In this document: piece after piece, positions 19,042 to 26,755 of the stretch | Position numbering within the stretch: the stretch's first letter is position 1 | Layout: the number at the start of each line of letters is the position of its first letter | Virus record (IMG/VR): IMGVR_UViG_3300038393_001386 | Location: 901 to 64,900 of that record | Strand: one strand, 5' to 3' | Length of the DNA: 64,000 nt | Source of the DNA: a virus | Lineage: Duplodnaviria; Caudoviricetes | The notes under the pieces: generated by a model | The model's input: the letters and a program-made list of their open reading frames with translations, nothing else | Database searches by the model: none | What the model was told of the DNA's origin: nothing | Position numbers and translations under genes: made by a program

Positions 19042-19452
19042 TTAAGGCGTCTGCCGGGGCGTCCAATACACCAGCACGGGCGCTGCCGGGTCAGAGCACA
19101 AGCCACGATCATGCATCTTGCCATCGATCACGGTCACGATATGGTTGGGCAGCATTACCATATAGCGGCCTGTGCGATGCGTCGCCAGAAACTCGATCAG
19201 CATCATCGGCACAGGCGGGAAATGGTGCTCGCCAAAGTGATGGGCGACGGCGCTCATGCTGAGCGGATCGATCCCTTCCCTGTCTTGTCGGCCTGCATTG
19301 CGCAGGATGTGATGCGCGGTGCCATACGGCAGATCGGCGAAGACCGCCAAGGCGCGCACGCTGCAATCATTGTCTTCATGGGTATAGCCATCGAGATTGC
19401 GACCGCCATCCGTACTAGTGAGCAACATCGATTCCAACGCTTGCCGGTTCAT
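19042..19452 (-). CDS. Hypothetical protein
   Basis: NDCSVRALA...HIVTVIDG pattern; AGGAAAGGA RBS. Confidence 0.6.
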   Translation of the reverse strand: MNRQALESMLLTSTDGGRNLDGYTHEDNDCSVRALAVFADLPYGTAHHILRNAGRQDREGIDPLSMSAVAHHFGEHHFPPVPMMLIEFLATHRTGRYMVMLPNHIVTVIDGKMHDRGLCSDPAAPVLVYWTPRQTP

Positions 19453-19489
19453 GGTTCCTGTCCTTTCCTGACTAAACGACCATGAAGAC

Positions 19490-19517
19490 AGTATAGCTAC
19501 CAAATTGGTAGTATCAA
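19490..19517 (-). promoter_or_regulatory. Leftward promoter with operator between -35 and -10
   Basis: Minus-strand TTGATA-16nt-TATACT; CTACC AAATT GGTAG at 19497-19511. Confidence 0.8.
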
Positions 19518-19742
19518 GAGCCGAAGTGCGATTTCTCCAGACTTTTACAATGTATGCAACTTTCCAACAGTGTTGGCAATTTTCCAGCAGTTCCAGCGGA
19601 GCCGCTGGTGGGGAATTTTTTGCCCAAGAGCGCGCAAACGGGGCGCGATGCGCGACTGATTCAGGCGCAGTGCGACCGTTGGCCCCTTTTGGAATCAAGC
19701 ACTTGCGACGAAGTGCGACCTGTGTTTATCCTGCGCATGATT

Positions 19743-19801
19743 CTCGAAATCCAGTGTACGGTTATACCGTACCGAGGGTTCAAATCCCTCCCTTTCCGCC
19801 A
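19743..19801 (+). other. attP core: 3' part of tRNA-Ser(CGA)
   Basis: CTCGAAA anticodon loop, TCCAG stem half, long variable arm GTACGG-TTATA-CCGTAC, T-arm GAGGG-TTCAAAT-CCCTC, ends CCGCCA; no 5' half of the tRNA upstream. Confidence 0.8.
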
Positions 19802-19819
19802 CCAGACTCAGTTTCCTTG

Positions 19820-19849
19820 AAAGCGCCCACTAACCTCTGGGCGCTTTTT
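19820..19849. terminator. Bidirectional intrinsic terminator beside attP
   Basis: AAAGCGCCCA-8nt-TGGGCGCTTTTT. Confidence 0.8.
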
Positions 19850-20255
19850 CATTGGGGTGGTGGGGAATATTTTGACCATCGCCGTCTGCGTCCGATGTGG
19901 CATCCGATGCCAGGCAATGCAGAAACATTGCCTTCGCTTCGTCGGCTGTGAACAGGTTGGTGCCGATAGGCCAGCTCGGCGCGTATCCCCTCGCATCCGG
20001 TTCATGCTTGAACGAGATGCCGCAGTCGGGCGCGAAAGTCTTGGGCAGCGGCCAGCAAAGGAAACGGTTCACCATCGCATCGACATCAGTAGATGGACGA
20101 TTCGCCGGGTCGTCGTTGACGCCGGCTTGATGCCAGTGCAGTTCTTGCTTTCCGCAATTCGCGCACTCCGTCTTGCCAGAGCGCAGTAGGTTGAAGTGGA
20201 CGGAGCCACACTCGCAGGTATAGGCCATGTGATCGTGAAGGTTTTCGATGGTCAT
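19830..20255 (-). CDS. Two-module hypothetical protein (array B)
   Basis: Zn-finger-like N-module, NRPS junction, ends SDATS. Confidence 0.6.
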   Translation of the reverse strand: MTIENLHDHMAYTCECGSVHFNLLRSGKTECANCGKQELHWHQAGVNDDPANRPSTDVDAMVNRFLCWPLPKTFAPDCGISFKHEPDARGYAPSWPIGTNLFTADEAKAMFLHCLASDATSDADGDGQNIPHHPNEKAPRG

Positions 20256-20259
20256 TTTT

Positions 20260-20424
20260 TCATTGCTCTGATGGGTGATTTAGCGCGGCCAGCATTTCCC
20301 GCATTCCGTACAGCACATGCATGGTTTGCTGGTAATTCGCTTGCATCGCTCTTTCTCTTGGGTCAAGCTGCAACCGTCGCAACTGCTCGGCTTCGTACAG
20401 GTCAAGGAATTTAGCTGCGTCCAT
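20260..20424 (-). CDS. Small hypothetical protein (array B)
   Basis: MDAAKFL...LNHPSEQ. Confidence 0.5.
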   Translation of the reverse strand: MDAAKFLDLYEAEQLRRLQLDPRERAMQANYQQTMHVLYGMREMLAALNHPSEQ

Positions 20425-20590
20425 TGTTTTCCCCCTTTGCGTCTGATGGGACATCTGTTGCGACTTCTAGCATTGCTGCAAGTCCAAGCATTTCATCTAC
20501 GATAGGGAAACGTAGTTCCTTGTCTCCTGTCAGGATGTCCACAGCTTCGCGCAGGATGTTCGCTATATCTCGTAAGTCTTTGTTATTCAT
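20411..20590 (-). CDS. Small hypothetical protein (array B)
   Basis: Hand translation MNNKDLRD...ATDVPSDAKGENNGRS. Confidence 0.5.
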   Translation of the reverse strand: MNNKDLRDIANILREAVDILTGDKELRFPIVDEMLGLAAMLEVATDVPSDAKGENNGRS

Positions 20591-20751
20591 TCGTTTGCCT
20601 CCGATAGTGCCTCAAGCGCGGATTCAAGAATCTTGTGAATTCCCTCCCAATATCGGAGGTATTCATCTTCACCGTTGGCATATCGCGGAATAAGTCCAAC
20701 CTCAACTGCCTTCTTCATTGCCGCCGACACCATTTCTTCGGTTATTTGCAT
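20587..20751 (-). CDS. Small hypothetical protein (array B)
   Basis: Hand translation MQITEEMVSAAM...LEALSEANE. Confidence 0.5.
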   Translation of the reverse strand: MQITEEMVSAAMKKAVEVGLIPRYANGEDEYLRYWEGIHKILESALEALSEANE

Positions 20752-20975
20752 TTCGGCTCTCCCGAATCGGATGATCCATCTGTCGCAAGTGCGCGGATCT
20801 TGGCTGCTGCTCCGCAGTCGCCGTCATAACCCCACTGAATAGCATCGACCGCCTGCGCCGCTTCTTCCAGGGCGGCAGCGCGAATCGCCTGGGCGAACAG
20901 AAATGTTGCCTGGTTACCGAAGCCAACTTCATCGATGAACTTGTTGTGCAGGTCCGCTGCTTCTTTTTCTGTCAT
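20742..20975 (-). CDS. Hypothetical protein (array B)
   Basis: RAAALEEAA motif; ends ATDGSSDSGEPKCK. Confidence 0.6.
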   Translation of the reverse strand: MTEKEAADLHNKFIDEVGFGNQATFLFAQAIRAAALEEAAQAVDAIQWGYDGDCGAAAKIRALATDGSSDSGEPKCK

Positions 20976-21457
20976 TTCGGCTCCTTCGTATTAGAGGGGT
21001 GATCCGATGTGAGCAGATGCGCCACATCCTCAAATTTCACCCATTCGCCGTTTTCCTTGATTTCGATTATCGGAACAATCGGTTCATTGCGGCTTTCAGC
21101 GGTCACATAGAAGTTGTACCTTTTGATCGCAACAGATGAACGATCTGGTTTTTCGCCACTGTATAGCTCTGCATAAACCTCATCGGCAATTCGCTGCTGC
21201 TCTGCCTCTGTTTGGCATAGCGGGAACCGGCATAACGAATCAGATGGGCGATCCGATGCGGCCTTCAGTTCGCGCAATTCCCTTTCTGCTTTCATGGCGC
21301 GGTTTGCCCATTCATGGCGGCTTAGCACGGTGCAAGGAATGCATTCTTTTTGCACTCCGACTTTAATGAAATAATCAGGCTTTCCGGCTCCCGGATGCGG
21401 ATTGTCGGAAAGCGGCAAACCGCATTTATGGCAGCATCCTGGCTTCAATTCAGGCAT
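20972..21457 (-). CDS. Three-module mosaic protein (array B)
   Basis: Modules joined by SDRPS, PDRSS and SDHPS. Confidence 0.65.
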   Translation of the reverse strand: MPELKPGCCHKCGLPLSDNPHPGAGKPDYFIKVGVQKECIPCTVLSRHEWANRAMKAERELRELKAASDRPSDSLCRFPLCQTEAEQQRIADEVYAELYSGEKPDRSSVAIKRYNFYVTAESRNEPIVPIIEIKENGEWVKFEDVAHLLTSDHPSNTKEPK

Positions 21458-21483
21458 TCTTTTCTCCTTCTGCATGGGATGGT

Positions 21484-21711
21484 CTATCCGTTCGGCAGCC
21501 ACAGATCATACGGATCGCCGGTGTCCTGTGGTGTTTCCTGCTGGATCGCACGCTTGAGCCAATCCGGCACCGACTTTTTCGCTGCTTCATCATCCGAATA
21601 GGTGCCGACCTTCTTGCCATCGATCCACACTTCGACCATGCCATTCGCCAGCCGGGTCCGACGCACCATGTGGACTTCCGCAACCCGGCCATTGACATCC
21701 AGTATCTTCAT
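21484..21711 (-). CDS. Hypothetical protein
   Basis: 75 aa; its stop TAG lies inside the TAGACCA site. Confidence 0.55.
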   Translation of the reverse strand: MKILDVNGRVAEVHMVRRTRLANGMVEVWIDGKKVGTYSDDEAAKKSVPDWLKRAIQQETPQDTGDPYDLWLPNG

Positions 21712-22529
21712 TTCGCTTGACTCGCAGCTCCCGCACTCGCTGCCTGTCCAGGACTGGTCTGCGGCGCTTCGACCGGGTTATTGATCACCCAGGTTCTCGG
21801 CTGCATCGCGACGATTTCCGACGCATCGGGATCGCCACCGGGCTTGTTGAACGCGGAAATGCGCAGCCGGACCGGGCCATTCGGCCATTTCCTGGTGTCC
21901 CAGTCGAGCACCGCATGCGTGTGGTCCATCGACACCGTGAAAATGCCGTATTTCGGGATATAGCCCGATCCCGGCAGCAGTTCGGCATTCAGGATGCCGG
22001 ACCCGATCACTTCCAAGTGAACGATATCGTTGATCTTGGCCTGGTCTGGCGGAGCCAGGAACACGCCAGCACCGAACGCGGGCGGCGCATTCGATGGCGC
22101 AGTGGGCTGTGCATTGGCGGCAGCAGCGGCGGCAGCGGCATTCGCATCCGACGATGAACTGGACGCAGACCCGGATTGCGCGGTCGGGTTCGCCGTGACC
22201 GTGACATTGACCGGCTGACCGGGTGGCGGATTCACCACCACGGGCGTCGGGTTGACCGTCACCGCTGGCGGATTGACGATAATCGGCGGCAACTGCTGCG
22301 GGTGATCGGCTGGCGGCTGTTGCGGCGGGTTATCCGTCATTGTGGCTGGCTGCGACGGCGATGGTGGTGGTGCAACCGATGCGGACGTGTCCGCAGACGC
22401 CACAGGAGCGGTTGAGGCGGCTGCCGATGCAGCAGTGGAAGCGGGGTGGTCATCACCACCACCGCCGCAAGAGACGCACAATGCGCCGACAAGAACGATC
22501 AAGGTCCGGTTCAACGGCAAGGGAATCAT
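21708..22529 (-). CDS. Lipoprotein with Pro/Ala-rich linker and C-terminal Ig-like domain
   Basis: Signal peptide ending ALCVSC-GGGG; PPQQPP linker; WDTRKWPNGPVRLRISAF beta-domain. Confidence 0.7.
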   Translation of the reverse strand: MIPLPLNRTLIVLVGALCVSCGGGGDDHPASTAASAAASTAPVASADTSASVAPPPSPSQPATMTDNPPQQPPADHPQQLPPIIVNPPAVTVNPTPVVVNPPPGQPVNVTVTANPTAQSGSASSSSSDANAAAAAAAANAQPTAPSNAPPAFGAGVFLAPPDQAKINDIVHLEVIGSGILNAELLPGSGYIPKYGIFTVSMDHTHAVLDWDTRKWPNGPVRLRISAFNKPGGDPDASEIVAMQPRTWVINNPVEAPQTSPGQAASAGAASQAK

Positions 22530-22625
22530 ATTACCTCCAAGCACAAATAGCTCCCTGAAAGGTCGTTGTTATGCTGTTACGGTAGTCCGACTGGGCAGGC
22601 GACTCCTGCGCCAGATCAAGCCTGT

Positions 22626-23036
22626 TTACGAATCAGGTACGGTGTCGCCGAAGCGCGACGCCACATAGGCGCGCATGGCAGCAATCAGCGGCGTGTGGCC
22701 TTGAATGCCGCCATTGGCCCAATCGTTGACATCGATATAGCCCCCGCCATAGCCATCACAGTTTTGCGGATGAAAGGCATACCATCCATCATCAAACCGC
22801 ACGATGGCAATGCCTTCGCACTCGATGATCGGGCCACCCGTTACCCAGTCATTGGATGGAGAAAACCGGCGACGGGAATCCAGAACAGGCTGGGAAAGCA
22901 TGCCGATATGGCCATGGCTATACATCCCTTCGCCAACCTCGTATTCCGCTATTTGCGGATAGTAGCGCACGGTATATCCTGCCGCCTTGGCGACCCAGTA
23001 ATCAAGCAATGACCCTTCCAGCTCACTGACGTTCAT
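22626..23036 (-). CDS. NinX/DUF2591-family protein
   Basis: LEGSLLDYWVAKA, FSPSNDWVTGGPII, TPLIAAMRAYVAS. Confidence 0.8.
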   Translation of the reverse strand: MNVSELEGSLLDYWVAKAAGYTVRYYPQIAEYEVGEGMYSHGHIGMLSQPVLDSRRRFSPSNDWVTGGPIIECEGIAIVRFDDGWYAFHPQNCDGYGGGYIDVNDWANGGIQGHTPLIAAMRAYVASRFGDTVPDS

Positions 23037-23364
23037 CGTCAATTTCCTCGCCAAAAACTTTCATCAGATAGCAGCGCATCGCAGCAATCAGCGGCGATGA
23101 TCCTCTGGCTTTGGCTTTGAGTTCATAATAGCCACGATGGCCATAGATCGGCTTATCAAAGTCATACAGCAAAGCTGTCCACGCTGGCCATCCTTTAAGC
23201 TCATCATCGTGGTCATAATCCCATTCGATTTTCTCGCGCTGGATGATCGGCCCAGCTCCGCACCAGTTGGTCGCATAGCGTGCCAGCGGGTGCGGGTTGT
23301 GTTCGGCACGCGCCACCCAGCGGTCGATTTCCGAAATGGTCAGTTCCGATACGCGTTTGCTCAT
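23023..23364 (-). CDS. Second NinX/DUF2591-family protein
   Basis: IDRWVARA, YATNWCGAGPIIQRE, SPLIAAMRCY. Confidence 0.75.
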   Translation of the reverse strand: MSKRVSELTISEIDRWVARAEHNPHPLARYATNWCGAGPIIQREKIEWDYDHDDELKGWPAWTALLYDFDKPIYGHRGYYELKAKARGSSPLIAAMRCYLMKVFGEEIDDERQ

Positions 23365-23579
23365 TGTTCTTCATCCAGATCGTAGAGATAGGTGTCGATG
23401 ACAAGCACAGCGCGCCCGATGCGGCATTCTGGCTTGTGCCTCATCCTGATTGCAGGCTTGGCGTGGCGGTATTCTCCGCATTCCGGGCAAAAGTGCGCCC
23501 ATCCTGTCGGATCATTGCAGAACAAGAAGCCATCGCCCAACGCATCCTGCGCCAGTTGGATAATGTCGCGTTCGGTCAT
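23361..23579 (-). CDS. Hypothetical protein
   Basis: CPECG motif, coupled ORF. Confidence 0.5.
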   Translation of the reverse strand: MTERDIIQLAQDALGDGFLFCNDPTGWAHFCPECGEYRHAKPAIRMRHKPECRIGRAVLVIDTYLYDLDEEQ

Positions 23580-23589
23580 CGCCTTGTCC

Positions 23590-23874
23590 TTACTTGAGCA
23601 TCCTTGCCGCTTCTTCCAGCAGCGCCGCGCGCCCCTGCTGAATCGCCCGTACCGTGTCGATCGGATCGATCTGATCGAGCGCGACTTCCTCGCCGTACAG
23701 CAGGATGATCGACTCCTTGTACTTGTCGCCCTCGAAGACGAAATTCAGTTGCGCGATGTTCTGCCATTTGCCGTCGTACCAGATCGGGCGGTGCCCATAG
23801 AAGCGTGTCATCAGAAATTCGCATTTAGCCAAGTTGTCCATCGTATTGCCTTTCGTAATAAGGTTTATCTTCAA
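23590..23874 (-). CDS. Hypothetical protein
   Basis: RAALLEEAA motif; coupled ORF. Confidence 0.5.
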   Translation of the reverse strand: MKINLITKGNTMDNLAKCEFLMTRFYGHRPIWYDGKWQNIAQLNFVFEGDKYKESIILLYGEEVALDQIDPIDTVRAIQQGRAALLEEAARMLK

Positions 23875-24059
23875 TCACAGGTGCCGCCTTCGCTATCCTC
23901 AATCCGGCGCTGCAAGTCATCGCGCAGCGTCTGCTTGGCTTGTTCCTCTGTAATGCCAATTAGTTCGCAGGCGCGGCACATTACGGGATGCACCGATCCG
24001 CTGATGACCCGATACGGGCGACCGCAATGAAAACAATAGGCAAGAGTCCATTCCATCAT
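23871..24059 (-). CDS. Zinc-finger hypothetical protein
   Basis: CFHC...CRAC. Confidence 0.5.
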   Translation of the reverse strand: MMEWTLAYCFHCGRPYRVISGSVHPVMCRACELIGITEEQAKQTLRDDLQRRIEDSEGGTCD

Positions 24060-24287
24060 TTATTCCCCATCCGGCACCATGCCGCACCATCCGCGCCCGG
24101 ATGGGACGCGCACGGGATCGGCCTTTAACATGACCTTTTCGCCTTCATTCGTTTGATAAACGATCTTGCGATCAATCCATTCAGTTTTCATTTCCTGTTG
24201 CCATGCCATACAAGCCGACCCTTGGCACTCGCGCTGCGTAGTGCAGCAGACATAAAGTTTCGCTTCAGCCTCATCAATCATTTTCAT
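24060..24287 (-). CDS. Hypothetical protein
   Basis: CQGSACMAW...GWCG motif common in small phage proteins. Confidence 0.6.
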   Translation of the reverse strand: MKMIDEAEAKLYVCCTTQRECQGSACMAWQQEMKTEWIDRKIVYQTNEGEKVMLKADPVRVPSGRGWCGMVPDGE

Positions 24288-25243
24288 TTGATCTTCCTCA
24301 CCGCCGCCGCCTTGGTCTGCAGCAGCAGATGCGCATAGCGCTGCGTGCTCCGTAAATCCTTGTGGCCCAATACCTGACCGATCGCATACAGGTCCACGCC
24401 TTCATTGGCCATCGCCGATGCCGTGCTGTGCCGCAGGTCGTGAAAGTGCAGGTGCGGATAGCCTGCCGCCTGTCTGGCCCGTTCCCATAGCCGCTGCATC
24501 CAGCGCTTCTTGTAGGGCAGCGGAAAATACTTTTGCAGCACCCACACCTTGGAATGCAAGGCCACGGTGCGCGCTTCGCCATTCTTGGTCTTGCGCAGAA
24601 ACACCGTGCCAGCCTGCCAGTCCGACGTGTGGCCGATGCTCATCATTTCGCCGATCCGCATGCCGGTGTAAAAGCCGAGCCGGATCAAGGCGCGGATTTC
24701 TCGGTTCTCGGCAGCCTTCGCGATGTCCAGCATCTGCTTTCTGGTGGCGTACACTTGCCGCTCATTCTTCACCGCCGGCATGGCGACCTTCAGCGCCAAG
24801 CCTTGGCCCTTGCCGTGGAATTCCTGCGCATAGCGGCAAGCCGCGCGCAGGTAGGACAGCTTGTTCTTGATCGATGCCGGCGACAACTGGCCGCGCATGT
24901 CCGCCGCGTAGTTCCTTGCCACGTCGCCCAGTTCATCCAGGTAGCGGCCCTTGTAAGCCCAGTGGATATGCGCCAGCTCGGCGCGCACGCCGGCGAAGTT
25001 CTTCAAGTCCGCCGCATGGTGTTCCAGGTACAGTTGCACGGCATCCTCGATCAAGTCGCGTGGTTGCTTGGCACCAGTTGCAATGGCGTACAGTTCCTTT
25101 TCCTGCCGGTGCGCGTAGGCTTGGGCTTGGGTTCGAGTCCAGCCTTGCGGAAGTAGTTTTCGAGTGCGGATTCGCTGGCCGGCGATATGCTTGTCGAACT
25201 CAAAGCACCAGCGACCCTTCTTTGCGTTGAAGTATGTCGGCAT
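24284..25243 (-). CDS. int: Tyrosine integrase
   Basis: Catalytic set: YTGMRIGE (R), LRKTKNG (K), HFHDLRH, LGHKDLRSTQRYAH. Confidence 0.95.
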   Translation of the reverse strand: MPTYFNAKKGRWCFEFDKHIAGQRIRTRKLLPQGWTRTQAQAYAHRQEKELYAIATGAKQPRDLIEDAVQLYLEHHAADLKNFAGVRAELAHIHWAYKGRYLDELGDVARNYAADMRGQLSPASIKNKLSYLRAACRYAQEFHGKGQGLALKVAMPAVKNERQVYATRKQMLDIAKAAENREIRALIRLGFYTGMRIGEMMSIGHTSDWQAGTVFLRKTKNGEARTVALHSKVWVLQKYFPLPYKKRWMQRLWERARQAAGYPHLHFHDLRHSTASAMANEGVDLYAIGQVLGHKDLRSTQRYAHLLLQTKAAAVRKIK

Positions 25244-25395
25244 GATTGCAGGTAGGCGGATAGGTCATCGGGATCGAACACGATCTTGCGGCGCGAGTAG
25301 CGCACGCAGGGGATCGGCCCATGTGGCGCGGCTAATGTATATAGCATACGCCGCGATACGCCCAATACAAGGGCGGCGTCCTTGGCCGATATCAT
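25051..25395 (-). CDS. xis: Excisionase/AlpA-like HTH protein overlapping int
   Basis: MISAKDAALVLGVSRRMLY...FDPDDLSAY. Confidence 0.7.
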   Translation of the reverse strand: MISAKDAALVLGVSRRMLYTLAAPHGPIPCVRYSRRKIVFDPDDLSAYLQSCRHTSTQRRVAGALSSTSISPASESALENYFRKAGLEPKPKPTRTGRKRNCTPLQLVPSNHAT

Positions 25396-25697
25396 ATTTG
25401 CTCCTGTTGCCTCTGTAATAAATCGATCACCGCTTCGACAATCGCCACGCGCGCCGCGCAGTGCTTGTTCGGATAGTGTTCATACATTTGCCAAAACGAC
25501 TGATACCCGTTCGACGTAAAGCAGCCATCGCCGCTGACCGGGAAATTGACCGCAATGCAGTAGGTCAGCAGCAGATCGAAGGCATCGGGCGTGCTGCGGG
25601 TCCAGCTTGGGTGCAGTTCGCGGTGCTGGAAGCCCAACAGCCGCGCCAGATTGCGGTCCAGCGCATCGAGCCGGTCATTCAGGGATTCGGTCGTCAT
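25392..25697 (-). CDS. Hypothetical protein (NinX-related fold possible)
   Basis: PSWTRSTPDAFDLLL...AARVAIVEA. Confidence 0.55.
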   Translation of the reverse strand: MTTESLNDRLDALDRNLARLLGFQHRELHPSWTRSTPDAFDLLLTYCIAVNFPVSGDGCFTSNGYQSFWQMYEHYPNKHCAARVAIVEAVIDLLQRQQEQI

Positions 25698-25909
25698 AGT
25701 CCGGCTCCCAGCCAGACGCCGCCCGACAGCAGCATCAGCACGATCAGGAACAGCCATGCCGACAGCTCCAGCGCCTCGCCGCGCGCGATACCGAATTTGC
25801 GGCGCAGCTTCGGCGTGATGTGCCGCATCCACAGCGTGAAGCCGCCCATCAGCGCAGCCATGCTGATCACCATCGCGCCGATCACCAACAGCAAGTCCAT
25901 CAGTTTCAT
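25694..25909 (-). CDS. Two-TM membrane protein
   Basis: Two hydrophobic segments. Confidence 0.55.
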   Translation of the reverse strand: MKLMDLLLVIGAMVISMAALMGGFTLWMRHITPKLRRKFGIARGEALELSAWLFLIVLMLLSGGVWLGAGL

Positions 25910-26448
25910 GCCTGTTCCTTTTCTGGTTTCTTCGTCGGCTGGTATGCGCCGAACAGCGCTTCGACCAGCACATCGCGCTTGGGCGCGACATTCCGTTTCA
26001 ACGCCTCGCGCCGCGCCTGCTCCATGCTTCTCTGCTCGCGCAGTTCTGACAGCCGCTGCCGCGCCAGCGATGGCGACAGCGCTTGCTCATCGTTCGGATC
26101 GATCAGCCGCGTCGTCAACTGGTACAGCGACAGCGGCCTGGCCTTGTCTTCGCCGTCTCCCTTGCGGTACACCGGGCGCGGCATGTTGTTGACCGCATGC
26201 TGCTCCCAGTCTGTAATGTGGATCGCACGGCGATCGTGCAGCACCTTGATCAGATGCATCAGCCGGCGCTCCGACATGCCGAAGCCTTCATTGATGCCGG
26301 CGGCGGTCGCGTCACCCTGTTGCAGTCGCCGCAAGATGCGGTTCAGCATTTGCCGCACCCGGCGGGAGTCGTCGCGGCCTGCCGCGTGGTCGCTTTTCGT
26401 GGCCGGCGAGTCGGGCAAGCTCCGCTTGTTTTTGGCGGTATCGGGCAT
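25906..26448 (-). CDS. Winged-HTH-like hypothetical protein
   Basis: IHITDWE...PRPVYRKGDGED motif shared with 28099-28509. Confidence 0.55.
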   Translation of the reverse strand: MPDTAKNKRSLPDSPATKSDHAAGRDDSRRVRQMLNRILRRLQQGDATAAGINEGFGMSERRLMHLIKVLHDRRAIHITDWEQHAVNNMPRPVYRKGDGEDKARPLSLYQLTTRLIDPNDEQALSPSLARQRLSELREQRSMEQARREALKRNVAPKRDVLVEALFGAYQPTKKPEKEQA

Positions 26449-26755
26449 TGCGTTCCTTGATGGTGAGCTTCGGCAGTTGTCGATCAGGCTGGGTGCCGTA
26501 GCAGTAACGCGGCACTGGCGGACCCTTTCCGGTCGGAGAGGGCGGCGGCAGGTATTCCGCGATATAGATGCAGCGCGGGGCCGGCATCGTGCAATGGGTG
26601 CCGCGCAGGTAGGACAGCGCAGCACTCACATACTGGCGCGCGTATTCGCCGAGCGCGTCTTGCAACTCTGCTGCCGAATAGGGCCGTTCCTTGAGCAGTG
26701 CAGCGATGCGCTCGGCGCGGGTGCGGATCGCGGTGCCGGGAGCGTTGCGCGTCAT
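26312..26755 (-). CDS. Winged-HTH-like hypothetical protein
   Basis: YSAAELQDALG...PVPRYCYGTQPD. Confidence 0.5.
   Translation of the reverse strand: MTRNAPGTAIRTRAERIAALLKERPYSAAELQDALGEYARQYVSAALSYLRGTHCTMPAPRCIYIAEYLPPPSPTGKGPPVPRYCYGTQPDRQLPKLTIKERNARYRQKQAELARLAGHEKRPRGRPRRLPPGAANAEPHLAATATG

Larger units (their letters stand above)
19892..21490 (-). repeat. Cassette array B: the same ordered GA-N7-TC sites as array A plus two extra
   Basis: 11-mer sites start at 21478, 21243, 21135, 20994, 20770, 20603, 20445, (20270, 20092), 19894; cores match array A in the same order. Confidence 0.85.

Noticed and set aside
19743-19801. Functional tRNA-Ser gene
   Set aside because: The 5' half (acceptor 5' strand, D-arm, left anticodon stem) is absent; interpreted as attP.
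12477-21490. Integron (attC) or CRISPR interpretation of the dispersed repeats
   Set aside because: No GTTRRRY/RYYYAAC stem-loops, no IntI-type insertion recognised in Int, no constant repeat with regular spacers and no cas genes.
22632-22646. GDTVP site resembling the TACCGTA core at 12479
   Set aside because: Flanks do not match GA/TC and the peptide is the normal DUF2591 C-terminus.
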